Source of the DNA: a virus
Lineage: Duplodnaviria; Caudoviricetes
Reading direction: 5' to 3' (one strand)
IMG/VR virus record: IMGVR_UViG_3300032285_001526
Location: 1 to 61,361 of that record
Length of the DNA stretch: 61,361 nucleotides
Shown: in pieces, positions 19,854 to 29,131 of the stretch
Layout of the letters: the number at the start of each line of letters is the position of its first letter
How positions within the stretch are numbered: the stretch's first letter is position 1
Notes under the pieces: model-generated
The model's input: only the letters and a program-made list of their open reading frames with translations
Told to the model about the DNA's origin: nothing
Database searches by the model: none
Made by a program: the position numbers and the translations under genes

Positions 19854-20161
19854 GCATCCTCCCATTTGCTGATTGTCCTCACGAAAGCTTCCGCACGCTG
19901 CCGAGCTGTTGCTCTCCATCCGGGAACAAACTGCTTCTCTCGCTCCAGAACATGCACAAGGTAAACGTGCATCGTTCGCTGGTCCTCTCTGCTCATCTGG
20001 TTCTCAGCTTCATGCATAGCATTTAAGTCGTGAGTGTACTGTGGCAGGAACTCGTTTCCTAACCATTCCCGGTCTGGTGCTCGCCCAGAACGATGCTGAG
20101 GGTCGATATTAGTCCACCCGCAGAACGCAGCAATGCAGGCATTGATTTTCTCGTCAGTCAT
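19850..20161 (-). CDS. Phage ABA-sandwich/NinX-like protein
   Basis: MTDEKINACIA..GW, Y..DLNAMHEAE, ATARQRAEAF motifs. Confidence 0.75.
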   Translation of the reverse strand: MTDEKINACIAAFCGWTNIDPQHRSGRAPDREWLGNEFLPQYTHDLNAMHEAENQMSREDQRTMHVYLVHVLEREKQFVPGWRATARQRAEAFVRTISKWEDA

Positions 20162-20349
20162 TGCGCCTCCTTCTCATCTGCCGAGGATTCCTCGGTAGTT
20201 GGAACCAATATTTCCATCAATCTCTGTTCTCCCTTGTCTCCAACAATGGAGCCAGCACTGCGAATTGCTGATCCTTTGGGTAATGCTGCTGTTAAAAGAG
20301 CTAAATCAGAGACGTTAATGCCTCCAATGATTGTAAACATCACTCTCAT
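20158..20349 (-). CDS. Hypothetical protein
   Basis: Overlapping start/stop codons on both sides. Confidence 0.55.
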   Translation of the reverse strand: MRVMFTIIGGINVSDLALLTAALPKGSAIRSAGSIVGDKGEQRLMEILVPTTEESSADEKEAQ

Positions 20350-20657
20350 TTCTCCTCCTTCACAAACACCCCATTGGGCAGCAAGGTTCCCTTGCGGTCC
20401 TTAATCTCATGCCAAGCATGCCCAAGGCACTCAGTCACGTCGGTATCTTCCAAGGCACACAAATTGATCAGGCAGACAATCACGTCGCCCACTGCGTCAA
20501 TCATGTCCTCTCGGTTGCCCTTGTTGATAGCATCAGCAAGCTCTCCCATCTCTGACACCGCCTTGAGGCACTGAGAAACAGCAGTTGAGTTAGGGATGAT
20601 CTTGCGAGCCTCTGCCCAGTCGATCACGCAGGCTTCGTAGTCGTGAAATGATATCAT
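20346..20657 (-). CDS. MazG-like nucleotide pyrophosphohydrolase
   Basis: WAEARKI..Q.LK..SEMGELA...DAVGD..V.L...EIKDRKG..NGVFVKE. Confidence 0.9.
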   Translation of the reverse strand: MISFHDYEACVIDWAEARKIIPNSTAVSQCLKAVSEMGELADAINKGNREDMIDAVGDVIVCLINLCALEDTDVTECLGHAWHEIKDRKGTLLPNGVFVKEEK

Positions 20658-20659
20658 GT

Positions 20660-20917
20660 TTAATTTGTGTTTTTAGTGTTCAATTCTTGTTCAATTCCCT
20701 GATACGCCTCATTGGACTTCAATTGGTAGTAGTCAGCTAGTAAGTACAACACGCACAACAACGTGCTGTCTTCGTCTGACTTTGCAAAGCCCTCAACGTA
20801 AGACGCAATCTGACTAAGCATCAGCTCTGCATTTTGTTTATTACGGCTTTCCTGAATGCGCTTGCACTCAAGGAGAGAGTGCTCGTTTAAGTCTCCACCG
20901 CATTTATTGCAGGTCAT
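20660..20917 (-). CDS. Hypothetical protein (CxxC...HxxxxC)
   Basis: MTCNKCGGDLNEHSLLEC; ATGA overlap. Confidence 0.6.
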   Translation of the reverse strand: MTCNKCGGDLNEHSLLECKRIQESRNKQNAELMLSQIASYVEGFAKSDEDSTLLCVLYLLADYYQLKSNEAYQGIEQELNTKNTN

Positions 20918-21165
20918 TCTTCCTCCTCCTCTGTTGGCATGTCTGCCCAGTTTAAGTCCATCCATTCCCATTTCAGTTCGTTCAGTCGATTGGTAATAGC
21001 AGTGGCCTCTTTCTTTTGAATTGCAAGCCGCTCCTTAGCTTCCTTGGCCTTGTTGATGATCTCTGCGTCCTCGGCCATAGAAGACGAAATGGTCTTGAGC
21101 AACACAGTGAACTCTGCAATCTGTGTCTGAATAAATTCCATACTTCGCTCTCTCAGCGTGCTCAT
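20914..21165 (-). CDS. Hypothetical coiled-coil protein
   Basis: MSTLRERS start overlaps the TGA at 21162. Confidence 0.65.
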   Translation of the reverse strand: MSTLRERSMEFIQTQIAEFTVLLKTISSSMAEDAEIINKAKEAKERLAIQKKEATAITNRLNELKWEWMDLNWADMPTEEEEE

Positions 21166-21461
21166 TCTGCCTCCTCCCATTTGCCCAGCGTTCGCAAAAA
21201 CGCTTCTGCGCGTTGGCGGGCGGTGCTGTGACAAAGAGTGATAATGGTAGCCATATAATCATCCTCCTAACCAAGCCATCCAAGATAAGATCGTTGTTTT
21301 CTAACCTCATTTAGTATCACCTTCTCCGCCTCATGCATCGCGTTGAGGTCGTTGCAGTAGTCTGAAACAGTATGCGCTAGCACTTTTACTGGTAGCGCAT
21401 AACTCCACTTCAAGGTGCCACACGCCTCGGCAATCGCCGCGTTGATTTGTTCGTCGGTCAT
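21162..21461 (-). pseudogene. ABA-sandwich paralog interrupted by one in-frame TAG (21267-21269)
   Basis: The same frame continues EDDYMATIITLCHSTARQRAEAFLRTLGKWEEAE, matching the C-terminus of 19850..20161. Confidence 0.8.
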
Positions 21462-22064
21462 TTAACCTCCTTTGGCTGCTGCTGCGATGAGTGCGTCTGC
21501 CTTTTTAAGCGCCACACTTTCCGCCTCTGCCCATATGTATGTTGACCCACACATAGCGGCCAAAATCATCGCCGCAATCTCCAGTCGCGAGGGTTCTGGG
21601 CGAACTGTAGTGCGCGAGACCACAGGCGTGATCTTTTCCAGCCTGCTTATTTCGGCCAATGCATTGTGCAGGGCCTTTTTGACGCGCTCCACCTCGGCGC
21701 GGGATTCGTCGAGCAACGCCGCCTGCCCGCTGTTTTCCAACCGCGCATCGTGCAATTCTTGTCTTAATTGTTCTCTTCTAACGGCGTCTAGATTTGCCTG
21801 CGCCTGCCAGTCATCTCGGTTAAGTTTTAAAACCTCGACGTTTGCAAGGGCTTCATCGCGCTCTTTTTCTGCTGCGTGCAGTTTCTCGCGCCCTACCTTG
21901 ATCCAGAGGTGGCGATCTACCTGCATAGAGTCGTTGAGCCGTTGCAACTCCTCCAGCCTGTCGGCGGCCATTATCAACTCGTCAGTCGGGATGCCATCTA
22001 TTGTTCGATGTCCTGCAATAATGTCGCGGAGGTTTTTTACTAACTCTTCTGTATTTGGGATCAT
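21462..22064 (-). CDS. Coiled-coil hypothetical protein
   Basis: AADRLEEL, ERDEA repeats, C-terminal SRLEIAAM..ADALIA helix pair. Confidence 0.75.
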   Translation of the reverse strand: MIPNTEELVKNLRDIIAGHRTIDGIPTDELIMAADRLEELQRLNDSMQVDRHLWIKVGREKLHAAEKERDEALANVEVLKLNRDDWQAQANLDAVRREQLRQELHDARLENSGQAALLDESRAEVERVKKALHNALAEISRLEKITPVVSRTTVRPEPSRLEIAAMILAAMCGSTYIWAEAESVALKKADALIAAAAKGG

Positions 22065-22085
22065 ATGAATTTATGTTACTGCGTA

Positions 22086-22250
22086 TTACTGTTCTTCCAT
22101 CAGCTTCTGTTTGTCCCGGCACTTTCCGCACTTCCTGTCCCACAGGCAATTACAGTCTGCCTCGTACTCATCTAGCAGAATGAAAGCTTGATTCAACCTG
22201 TTCTTGAGCCTGCGCAGCTCGTCGTCAGTCATCGTGTCCAGTGCGCTCAC
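22086..22250 (-). CDS. Small Cys-cluster protein, 54 aa
   Basis: Hand translation from GTG: MSALDTMTDDELRRLKNRL...CNCLWDRKCGKC; fills the gap. Confidence 0.55.
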   Translation of the reverse strand: MSALDTMTDDELRRLKNRLNQAFILLDEYEADCNCLWDRKCGKCRDKQKLMEEQ

Positions 22251-22549
22251 TTAGTCCCCCTTTCTGCCAGCAAAGCATCAGCCCACACATACGCACTAGC
22301 AGCGCAGTCCTTCTCACTCCAGCCAGCAGCCGAAGCCTGCACTACATACATCTGGAACACCCGGACAGCAACGTAGTCTCGGAACGTCATCTCACTCATC
22401 CCGCCGCCGCCTCGGACCTCGCGCTTCTTCCGACGCTTCTTGCCAGTCAATGCCGCACTGATCTTTGCAGCCCTCGTTGCCTTCTGTTCCGGGGTCATCC
22501 GACTCCACATTCCCTTTGCGTGTTCTCTTCTCTGTTCAATGGTTCTCAT
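22247..22549 (-). CDS. NUMOD3-like basic segment fused to an MTxRDY..ADALLAER domain
   Basis: AKISAALTGKKR then GGGG linker then MTFRDYVA...AY.WADALLAER. Confidence 0.65.
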   Translation of the reverse strand: MRTIEQRREHAKGMWSRMTPEQKATRAAKISAALTGKKRRKKREVRGGGGMSEMTFRDYVAVRVFQMYVVQASAAGWSEKDCAASAYVWADALLAERGTK

Positions 22550-22552
22550 AAA

Positions 22553-23011
22553 TTATTTGCCCAGCAATTGCTTCAGTTCATCCAGCTCTGCCTGAATAGC
22601 CTTCATCCTAGCCACCATCTCAGCCCGGGGAGTGTCGAACGGATTGCCTCGAATCCAGCAAGGCTCGTCAATTTCACCGCTGAATCCCTCAAACTCAGTC
22701 ACAGGGTTCGCATGAACCCCTCCCTCGTCATCATGCAGCAGCACCCGACCATCAAGATATCCGACCACAACAGCTCGCTTGAGATCCCCCTCCTCTGACC
22801 TGTACCACCACATACTGCCCATCTCAATAGGCACCTCGTTTAAGTTGCTGTTGTAGGGGCGGAACGCTTCAAGGAATTCTTTTTTGGACTTATGATGGTT
22901 AATGCCATCAAACTCTCCTTCCCAACGGGAAATCACGTACTCATTTGTGGCTTCAACCACACGGGCAATACAGCCCCCTTTACTGATCCATCTGCTTCCG
23001 AATTCAATCAT
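22553..23011 (-). CDS. Hypothetical protein with internal duplicated beta motif
   Basis: IEFGSRW... and IEMGSMW... repeats. Confidence 0.7.
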   Translation of the reverse strand: MIEFGSRWISKGGCIARVVEATNEYVISRWEGEFDGINHHKSKKEFLEAFRPYNSNLNEVPIEMGSMWWYRSEEGDLKRAVVVGYLDGRVLLHDDEGGVHANPVTEFEGFSGEIDEPCWIRGNPFDTPRAEMVARMKAIQAELDELKQLLGK

Positions 23012-23021
23012 TGTATGTATC

Positions 23022-25916
23022 CTATTCAGCGAAGTCTACATAGCCACCCACAGAGTCCACCATAGACTCCAAGGGCTTCACATAGGTCTCAGGCTTGCGC
23101 TCGGTCATCGTAGCAACATTCCCACCCCGCTGACGCAACAAATGCACTAACATTGACAAGCTGTCAAGTGCATCAGGTGAGCCTAGTCTAGTCCGCTTGA
23201 TGTAGTCCTTCTTTGACTCCACTCGCACCATCCCCTTGCCCTTCTGCATGTACCGTCTCGATGTAGCCTGCTTCGTCAGGTCGTCATTCCGAAAGCCCGG
23301 GCTGATCTTCAACCACTCAAACTCCAGATACTTGCTCAACGCAAACAGCAGCTCTGTCACCAGTCCGTTGTACAGCTCGTTTGCTTTCTGTGAGTCGTCT
23401 CCCATCACCGGGGTATCAGTCGCTGCCCAGCTATAGTTCAGACCCATCACCTCCGACCCGAACGTCGAGCACAGTACGTCGTGAATGCCTGCACCGTTCC
23501 CAGTACGGTCCACGCACAGCCAGTTGGGCGAGATCTTCATCTGCTTACAGAACCGCACGATAGCCGCTGCTTGCTCCATCGTAGCCGCCTTTGGAAACGG
23601 CATCTGACTGTCTAGTTGGAGCATTGTCCGGGGTGACTTGAATTCGTGGAACTTGCCAGCCCGGTCGGTCCAGCCGTCCGATAGCCCAAACCTGCCATAG
23701 CTACAGAGCACCTGATCGACGCCTTCCAGTGCTAAGTCGAACGCTGCCAGCGGCACCACAGGTCCAACGAACCGCACCATCCCCATTGCGTTGTCCATCA
23801 TAGCAGGCGAGATGATGCCCATCGAGATGCCCTCGTCAGGGAACCATCCCCGGGCCATCGTGCTAGCCTCTGCCGTCCGTCCCCGGCTCACATAGGCCAT
23901 ATAGCCCTCGTAGGTCTGTAAGCCTGCAAACACTACCTTCTGCTCCTTAACATTCTCGCAGTCGGCAGCGTCGAGCCTGATCACCTGCCAGCCGTCGCGG
24001 GAGGTCCAGTCTTTGTCGGCCTCCATCTCTACAGAGCCCCAGCCAAACTTAGGCTCGCACCGCTGCCCGAACTGACTGGTCCTGTCGCGAGGGTTGCTGG
24101 CTGCGAAGATCTTGATGCGCCCGGGCACCGAGCTGTCAGCAGCAGACAGGATGTTTTGCACGCCTGCCCAGACCCCATCCGGCACTTCCTCGGCTTCGTC
24201 TAGAATGACGTGCGTGCGGCTCACCTTACCCCAGCGTTCGTGCGTCGGGCCGAACCGGGGCGACGGGTGAAAGCCTCGCAGTGTCCCGTGGCCGCTCTCG
24301 CCTTTAGGGATGGCGACTAGGTGGATGCCTTGCTTGCTGTCTGTAGTGCTTTGAATGCTGGTCGCTAGATCCTCATCAAGTCCCCGGGGGCGCACCAGTG
24401 CAGTACGGTGGAACGTCTTGATGCTGGCGAAGATGTTCCGGGTAGCGTGAGCAGCCGTCAAGCTGACTACCTTGATACACGTCCAGTCCGGGTCGCGGAA
24501 CCAGTCGAGATAGAACCAAGCCGCCGCACCGTAGCTGTTGTGTGTCACAGTGAAGTCTCCCAGTAGGAACCTGTGATCCCCATCTAACGTGAAGCCATAG
24601 TACGCCTGCTCGCCTGCTGGCTCTATTGTCAGCTTCTGACCCAGACACGCACGCCTGCCTCGCTTTGTAGCTGGCTTAATGCGAGAAGGTATCACTGAAC
24701 AGTCACCGCTAATGTGTGCCCGATAGTAGTCTCCCCACACCCCATTGTTCACACACTGCTTGCGACACTTGGCCACAGTCACCGTAAGCCCAAGGCTTCT
24801 GGCAATGAATGCAATGCCGTCCGTTACATCCTTGTTCTTCTGAATAAACCCATACCCACTACCTGCCACATAGCCGTCCGTATCAATGAACCCGGCAAGC
24901 ACCTGTAACCTTACTTCCCTACTGTTCACCCTGTAACACTCAGGCACCTGCTTGCTCTTGCCCTGCAATGCAAACCCCATAATCGTTTGAAGCGTATGCT
25001 TCCGCACAATGTAGGTTGATGCCTTGTTGCCTGCTTTTGTTGCCACTCGCACTATGTAGCCATTAGCTGCCCAGTATGCTGTCCAAGCCTGTGCTATCGG
25101 TGCATCTTTTGTCGTAAGGTTCAAGGCATCTCCAGTGGCCGAGCCATCACCTAGCCACAAACCAAACACATATGGGTCAACCGGGCACTCTTGCGTCTCA
25201 AACTCAACGCCAGTGAACAACCCCTTGTAGTACTCTTTAAACTGCTCAGAAGATGCCAGATAGTCCTGTACAGACATGTCAATCACTCGTCCCCTAGTGT
25301 AGCCGCTCGACACCGTCTTACCGTCTCCGTTCAGCTTGTCGGCACAGCACACTAGCGTTAGGATGTGATCGTCTGTCACTGTGTACGCCTCTCCCCTGTC
25401 CTGCGTCACTCTATACATAGGTGACACGCCAGAGTGAGTCTGTAGCACTAGCCTAGGCTTGCTGTCTGGCCCCATCACACTATCGCCCATTTGCACCGCT
25501 TCAATGGCTCGCATAGATCCGTCAGCCATTATCACAGGTGTGCCCAGAGCTAGACACTTGCCCATCGAGCCAGCTCCTTGCACTAGCAGCTTGTCGGTAG
25601 CCATCAGCCCCTGCCAGACCCGGCGGCAGCTCTCTGGTCGCCAGTCAAACGCTCCCGGCCCCCATAGCAGGATCGCAGCAGCCTCGAACAGGTCTGCCTC
25701 TAACAGATGCGTGACGTACTCTCGGATGATGCGCTCTGCCAGTGCGTCGGACAGGGATAGCTGCCCAGCATGCTTAAGTGCTGCCCGGGCAATGAAGCCT
25801 GCTGCCCGGATCATGCCTCGCTCCTCGCAGGAGTCTGCCAGCTCCCGGGCTGCTAGGCACACCTTGATGGCCCGAGCCAGAGGCGGCGGGAGGGTTGCGA
25901 ATAGTTCGTCGCTCAT
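23022..25916 (-). CDS. terL: Terminase large subunit containing an intein
   Basis: Walker A GAGSMGK/S split by the intein, Walker B VILDEAE, ASNP, nuclease FDLA and SPDALD motifs. Confidence 0.92.
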   Translation of the reverse strand: MSDELFATLPPPLARAIKVCLAARELADSCEERGMIRAAGFIARAALKHAGQLSLSDALAERIIREYVTHLLEADLFEAAAILLWGPGAFDWRPESCRRVWQGLMATDKLLVQGAGSMGKCLALGTPVIMADGSMRAIEAVQMGDSVMGPDSKPRLVLQTHSGVSPMYRVTQDRGEAYTVTDDHILTLVCCADKLNGDGKTVSSGYTRGRVIDMSVQDYLASSEQFKEYYKGLFTGVEFETQECPVDPYVFGLWLGDGSATGDALNLTTKDAPIAQAWTAYWAANGYIVRVATKAGNKASTYIVRKHTLQTIMGFALQGKSKQVPECYRVNSREVRLQVLAGFIDTDGYVAGSGYGFIQKNKDVTDGIAFIARSLGLTVTVAKCRKQCVNNGVWGDYYRAHISGDCSVIPSRIKPATKRGRRACLGQKLTIEPAGEQAYYGFTLDGDHRFLLGDFTVTHNSYGAAAWFYLDWFRDPDWTCIKVVSLTAAHATRNIFASIKTFHRTALVRPRGLDEDLATSIQSTTDSKQGIHLVAIPKGESGHGTLRGFHPSPRFGPTHERWGKVSRTHVILDEAEEVPDGVWAGVQNILSAADSSVPGRIKIFAASNPRDRTSQFGQRCEPKFGWGSVEMEADKDWTSRDGWQVIRLDAADCENVKEQKVVFAGLQTYEGYMAYVSRGRTAEASTMARGWFPDEGISMGIISPAMMDNAMGMVRFVGPVVPLAAFDLALEGVDQVLCSYGRFGLSDGWTDRAGKFHEFKSPRTMLQLDSQMPFPKAATMEQAAAIVRFCKQMKISPNWLCVDRTGNGAGIHDVLCSTFGSEVMGLNYSWAATDTPVMGDDSQKANELYNGLVTELLFALSKYLEFEWLKISPGFRNDDLTKQATSRRYMQKGKGMVRVESKKDYIKRTRLGSPDALDSLSMLVHLLRQRGGNVATMTERKPETYVKPLESMVDSVGGYVDFAE
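24537..25556 (-). mobile_element. Intein (340 aa) with LAGLIDADG homing endonuclease
   Basis: Begins CLALGTPV, block B TDDH, GLWLGDG and LAGFIDTDG, ends VTHN followed by S. Confidence 0.95.
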
Positions 25917-26110
25917 ACTCGCTCCATCTCCGCGTACACATTGGGCGCAGCAATGTACCGGGCAATGTACCGAGATTCAAAGCGCACGTTCACCGTCAAG
26001 CTGTCTGCCTTGTCGAGCCGCGTGATCATAAAATAGTTTCCAGTTCCCTTGTCCCGCCACCAACTCCCGAGCGGATACTCATCCCAGCAGTATTCCCAGT
26101 ATGTCTTCAT
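25913..26110 (-). CDS. Hypothetical protein
   Basis: ATGA overlaps with both neighbours. Confidence 0.6.
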   Translation of the reverse strand: MKTYWEYCWDEYPLGSWWRDKGTGNYFMITRLDKADSLTVNVRFESRYIARYIAAPNVYAEMERV

Positions 26111-26514
26111 AGGTTGATGAATTGCCCGACCGGGATATGCATCCAGAGGTCAGCGTCCTGATCGTCTCCTCGGTCGCAGCGTTCTCCGTAGAGAATCTCT
26201 CCATTGAACGTGCCAGTGTAGCCAATCTTGTCGGTCCACTTGTACACAAGGTAGAAGGGCACTCCCGCCCGGTCTGCGAGCATCAGCCCAGCGTTAACCT
26301 TGCGGAACCCAACAACTGCCGTAGGGTAGGCTCCTTGCGCATTAGACCGGGTCTTGATCTCTACAAAGCACCGCAGCTTGCCGTCCCTAAGTAGTGCATA
26401 GTCAAGGTCGTAGTACCGAGCAGGGAGCTTGAAGTAGTTGCACTTCCACCGCTTGCAGAGTACGTCGAGCACCGACTTCTCTCTGGCTAGATCCTTTGTA
26501 GTTTCATAGTGCAT
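26107..26514 (-). CDS. PD-(D/E)XK nuclease-like protein
   Basis: LDY....FVEIKTR motif; DRGDDQD tail. Confidence 0.8.
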   Translation of the reverse strand: MHYETTKDLAREKSVLDVLCKRWKCNYFKLPARYYDLDYALLRDGKLRCFVEIKTRSNAQGAYPTAVVGFRKVNAGLMLADRAGVPFYLVYKWTDKIGYTGTFNGEILYGERCDRGDDQDADLWMHIPVGQFINL

Positions 26515-26605
26515 ATAAGTGTAAGTGCTTGCAAATCAGTGAATCCAATTCCATATGACGTGTGTTGTATTAAGTTATTGCGTTAGTCCCTTGAACATCA
26601 ACAGG

Positions 26606-27178
26606 TTAGCTATCAAGGTACTGTTTCTTCAGTGTATCGAGGTCGGGCTGATCCAAAGGTGCGTTACTATACTGATCAAGTGTAAGCTGCGGTGCGAGTG
26701 AAGGATCGGCAGGGACAGGCTCCGGGGCGATGACCTCAGCTTCTAGGTATTCTTTAGGAGGCTTGCTGTTGCGATGGTACACCTCGAACGTCAGCTTGAT
26801 GCCATCGTCAGCAATCGGCTTGCGATCCTCGGCAAACTCCCCGGCGAGCTTGGCATCAACAGTCAGGGCAGCGAGACGGTCGAATACGGCTTCTACCTTG
26901 CCGTCGGCCTTCCTGATTACCTTAGTGGGCACTGAGCCTTCGATCATCTGCCGCAGTAGGTCACGCTTGAGGTCAATGCAGGCAATGGCCCGGGACTGCA
27001 CTTCGTTCTGTATCTCGGCAATGCGAGCCTTCACATCGAGTCTATCGATCAGGTGTTTGCCCTGCGCTCCGGGCTGGCTGACTCCCGGGTTCAGCTTCAG
27101 GTAAGCCTCTTTGTGGCCCATCCCATCTGCAATCAACCAGCAAAAGCGTTCGTGTAGACGGTTAACTAGGCGTGGCAT
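26606..27178 (-). CDS. terS: Terminase small subunit (putative)
   Basis: HERFC..IADG....EAY HTH-like N-terminus, VKARIAEIQ, DRLAAL; two genes upstream of terL. Confidence 0.7.
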   Translation of the reverse strand: MPRLVNRLHERFCWLIADGMGHKEAYLKLNPGVSQPGAQGKHLIDRLDVKARIAEIQNEVQSRAIACIDLKRDLLRQMIEGSVPTKVIRKADGKVEAVFDRLAALTVDAKLAGEFAEDRKPIADDGIKLTFEVYHRNSKPPKEYLEAEVIAPEPVPADPSLAPQLTLDQYSNAPLDQPDLDTLKKQYLDS

Positions 27179-27380
27179 AATGCAAGTGAGTTGCAATAGA
27201 GAATGTGTAGTGCGAATCCCTCTGTCTTCATTTCATTGAATTGTTAATCCCGACTATTCCGATAAGGATTACGGTATATAAGGTGAAATACTAATCTGAC
27301 TCTTTTTACCAGAATAATGTTTTTTGCGTCAGAAAACGCTTTTATGCTCGACAGCTTGTGTGTACCCTTATTTATAGCAA

Positions 27381-27429
27381 AGCAAGGGAGCCAGTAGCTG
27401 CTGTTGTGGCAGTCTTACTGGCTCTTGCT
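27381..27429. terminator. Long inverted repeat ending the small-gene cluster
   Basis: agcaag.gagccagta.gctgc...gcagt..tactggctc.ttgct stem. Confidence 0.55.
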
Positions 27430-27453
27430 GTTTACGGCTGACCTAGCGGTCGC

Positions 27454-27741
27454 CTATAGCATCTCAAACAGTGCGATGGGTCTGTGATGGCAGATTGCTC
27501 TGGTTGAGTTGACGTAGCCGACTTTGCGCCAGCCGTCTTTGGTGAAGACTGCGCCCATTACCCGGGGGTCGATGCCGTCTGGGATAGGACAGTGTCTGTG
27601 GATATCGTCTGCTGTGACGTGCGGAGGTTCGCCTTGAGAGGCTTTCCAGTTTCCAACTGTAAGAGCAGTGAGCCGGGCTTCGTGAAGCCACTGGGCTCGG
27701 GTTTTTTGGAATAACGGAAGGATGGTTTGATGGAAGTTCAT
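27454..27741 (-). CDS. Hypothetical phage protein
   Basis: VTADDI..CP.P..IDPRVMGAVF...STR..CH.RPI motif. Confidence 0.8.
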   Translation of the reverse strand: MNFHQTILPLFQKTRAQWLHEARLTALTVGNWKASQGEPPHVTADDIHRHCPIPDGIDPRVMGAVFTKDGWRKVGYVNSTRAICHHRPIALFEML

Positions 27742-28016
27742 GCTTCAGGGAAACGGTTGATGAAGATGGGAGTGCCCGGGCCGACATAAGCCCCGGAGAT
27801 GTTGAACTCGTAATATTCTAAGGCATCTTCGTAGGTCATGCCTTCGCGGACTAAGATTGAAAGTATCTTGTCGGCATCGTAAACAGCCCGGACAGTGTCT
27901 GTGCCGTCTACCTGCAAGCCAATGAAAGCCTCAAGGAGGTTCTCGGCCATCAGGATCTCTACGTCCTCGGTGACGGTGTTTTCCAGCCAGAGCTGGATGC
28001 GTTCTTGTAAATTCAT
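27738..28016 (-). CDS. Hypothetical phage protein
   Basis: AVYD..KI..IL..GMTYEDALEYYEFNI.GAYVG..TPIF motif. Confidence 0.85.
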   Translation of the reverse strand: MNLQERIQLWLENTVTEDVEILMAENLLEAFIGLQVDGTDTVRAVYDADKILSILVREGMTYEDALEYYEFNISGAYVGPGTPIFINRFPEA

Positions 28017-28258
28017 TCGCGTTCTTGAAGTCCTTCTAAGTTCTCGGGGCCGTCAGCGATGAGCCCGCAGAGTTCGCCAATGGCAGCTTCTCTGATGGCT
28101 TGGAGCTGTAGGTGGAGTCGGTCGGCGTGGAAGGCGACCTTCAGGTGGATTTTGCGTTCGTGCTCTAGCGTGACTGTTAGCTCATCCACCTTTGCCTGAA
28201 GTTGCTGCACCTTGCTTTCAAGGGAAACAATTTTAACGTAGTTTGCGTCGTCCATCAT
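28013..28258 (-). CDS. Hypothetical coiled-coil protein
   Basis: Coupled ORF. Confidence 0.65.
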   Translation of the reverse strand: MMDDANYVKIVSLESKVQQLQAKVDELTVTLEHERKIHLKVAFHADRLHLQLQAIREAAIGELCGLIADGPENLEGLQERE

Positions 28259-28509
28259 AGTGTCTTAATCAGTTCATCGTAATCTGCCTTTGCCGCGCTC
28301 AGAACGGTCGCTGCAAGGGCTGGCTGGTTTGCCTGCATGCTGATGCCCCGGAGCAGGGTTGAGCACAAGCCAATGGCTGCGCTGCGTTGTTTCTTGAGAC
28401 TTCGGATCTCTTCCTCTGCTTGCTCTAGGGAATCGTCTTCAATGTCCGGGCTTTCGCCCCTGCACATTCTTGAACCTTCGATGTATTTTACTTGCGAGTA
28501 GCTTGCCAT
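28255..28509 (-). CDS. Hypothetical protein
   Basis: Coupled ORF. Confidence 0.65.
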   Translation of the reverse strand: MASYSQVKYIEGSRMCRGESPDIEDDSLEQAEEEIRSLKKQRSAAIGLCSTLLRGISMQANQPALAATVLSAAKADYDELIKTL

Positions 28510-28649
28510 AATGTTGCTGAGAGTTTGTTGAATGGAATGTTGTATTTCTTCGATGCTAGTGCAAGCGCATCGTAGTGCGACTCAGCCTGAATGATCTGAA
28601 ACCACATTGCCTTGTGGTCGGCACTGACTTTGTAGGTGAGCAAGCTCAT
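28488..28649 (-). CDS. Hypothetical protein
   Basis: MSLLTYKV start overlaps the upstream stop. Confidence 0.55.
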   Translation of the reverse strand: MSLLTYKVSADHKAMWFQIIQAESHYDALALASKKYNIPFNKLSATLWQATRK

Positions 28650-28852
28650 AGCAGGATAACAGCCCCAGATGCGAGGCAAGTGATGCGGTCGTCCTGACGT
28701 TCGTCCATATCGTCGCGCCAGTATAGTGCGCTGCCGACCCGGATGTAACGGTTGGGACCGTCGTAGTGTGCTGCGACTTCTACGTTAGTTTGGGTGACAA
28801 ACCCTTCCCGGGAAAGAAGGGTGCCTTTTGTTGTAAGGATGCGCTCGTTCAT
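28646..28852 (-). CDS. Hypothetical protein
   Basis: Coupled ORF. Confidence 0.6.
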   Translation of the reverse strand: MNERILTTKGTLLSREGFVTQTNVEVAAHYDGPNRYIRVGSALYWRDDMDERQDDRITCLASGAVILL

Positions 28853-29082
28853 TTGATGAAATGCTGTTCAATGAAAGGGATGTAGCCTGCTGTGACCTGA
28901 TCGATGAGTCGCTTGTGCGCCAGCTTTGCGCTCGGCTTGTTTGCCGTCTGCTCAACCTCTCCCACCTGATTGAGGTTGCTGTCCTTGAGTTGAGTGATCC
29001 AGACCCGGGAGCTGTTGTCCCACCACGTTTCGACAAAGAAAGCTTCGTCTTTGTCCCAGTTAGGTTTGATGTATGTGAGCAT
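28849..29082 (-). CDS. Hypothetical protein
   Basis: WWD..SRVWITQLKD...NQVGE motif; ACATACATAC leader. Confidence 0.7.
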   Translation of the reverse strand: MLTYIKPNWDKDEAFFVETWWDNSSRVWITQLKDSNLNQVGEVEQTANKPSAKLAHKRLIDQVTAGYIPFIEQHFIK

Positions 29083-29101
29083 AAATTGATGTATGTATGT
29101 A

Positions 29102-29122
29102 GCAGGGGGATGGAACCCCTGC
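29102..29122. terminator. Short GC-rich hairpin
   Basis: gcagggg-gatggaa-cccctgc. Confidence 0.4.
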
Positions 29123-29131
29123 CAAGGTAAT

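Noticed and set aside
21267-21269. Genome-wide TAG reassignment (alternative genetic code)
   Set aside because: Very long ORFs are intact under the standard code, several genes end in TAG right before the next gene, and no suppressor tRNA was seen
29095-29130. tRNA fragment
   Set aside because: Only a short hairpin; no cloverleaf or T-loop consensus, and no tRNA recognised elsewhere
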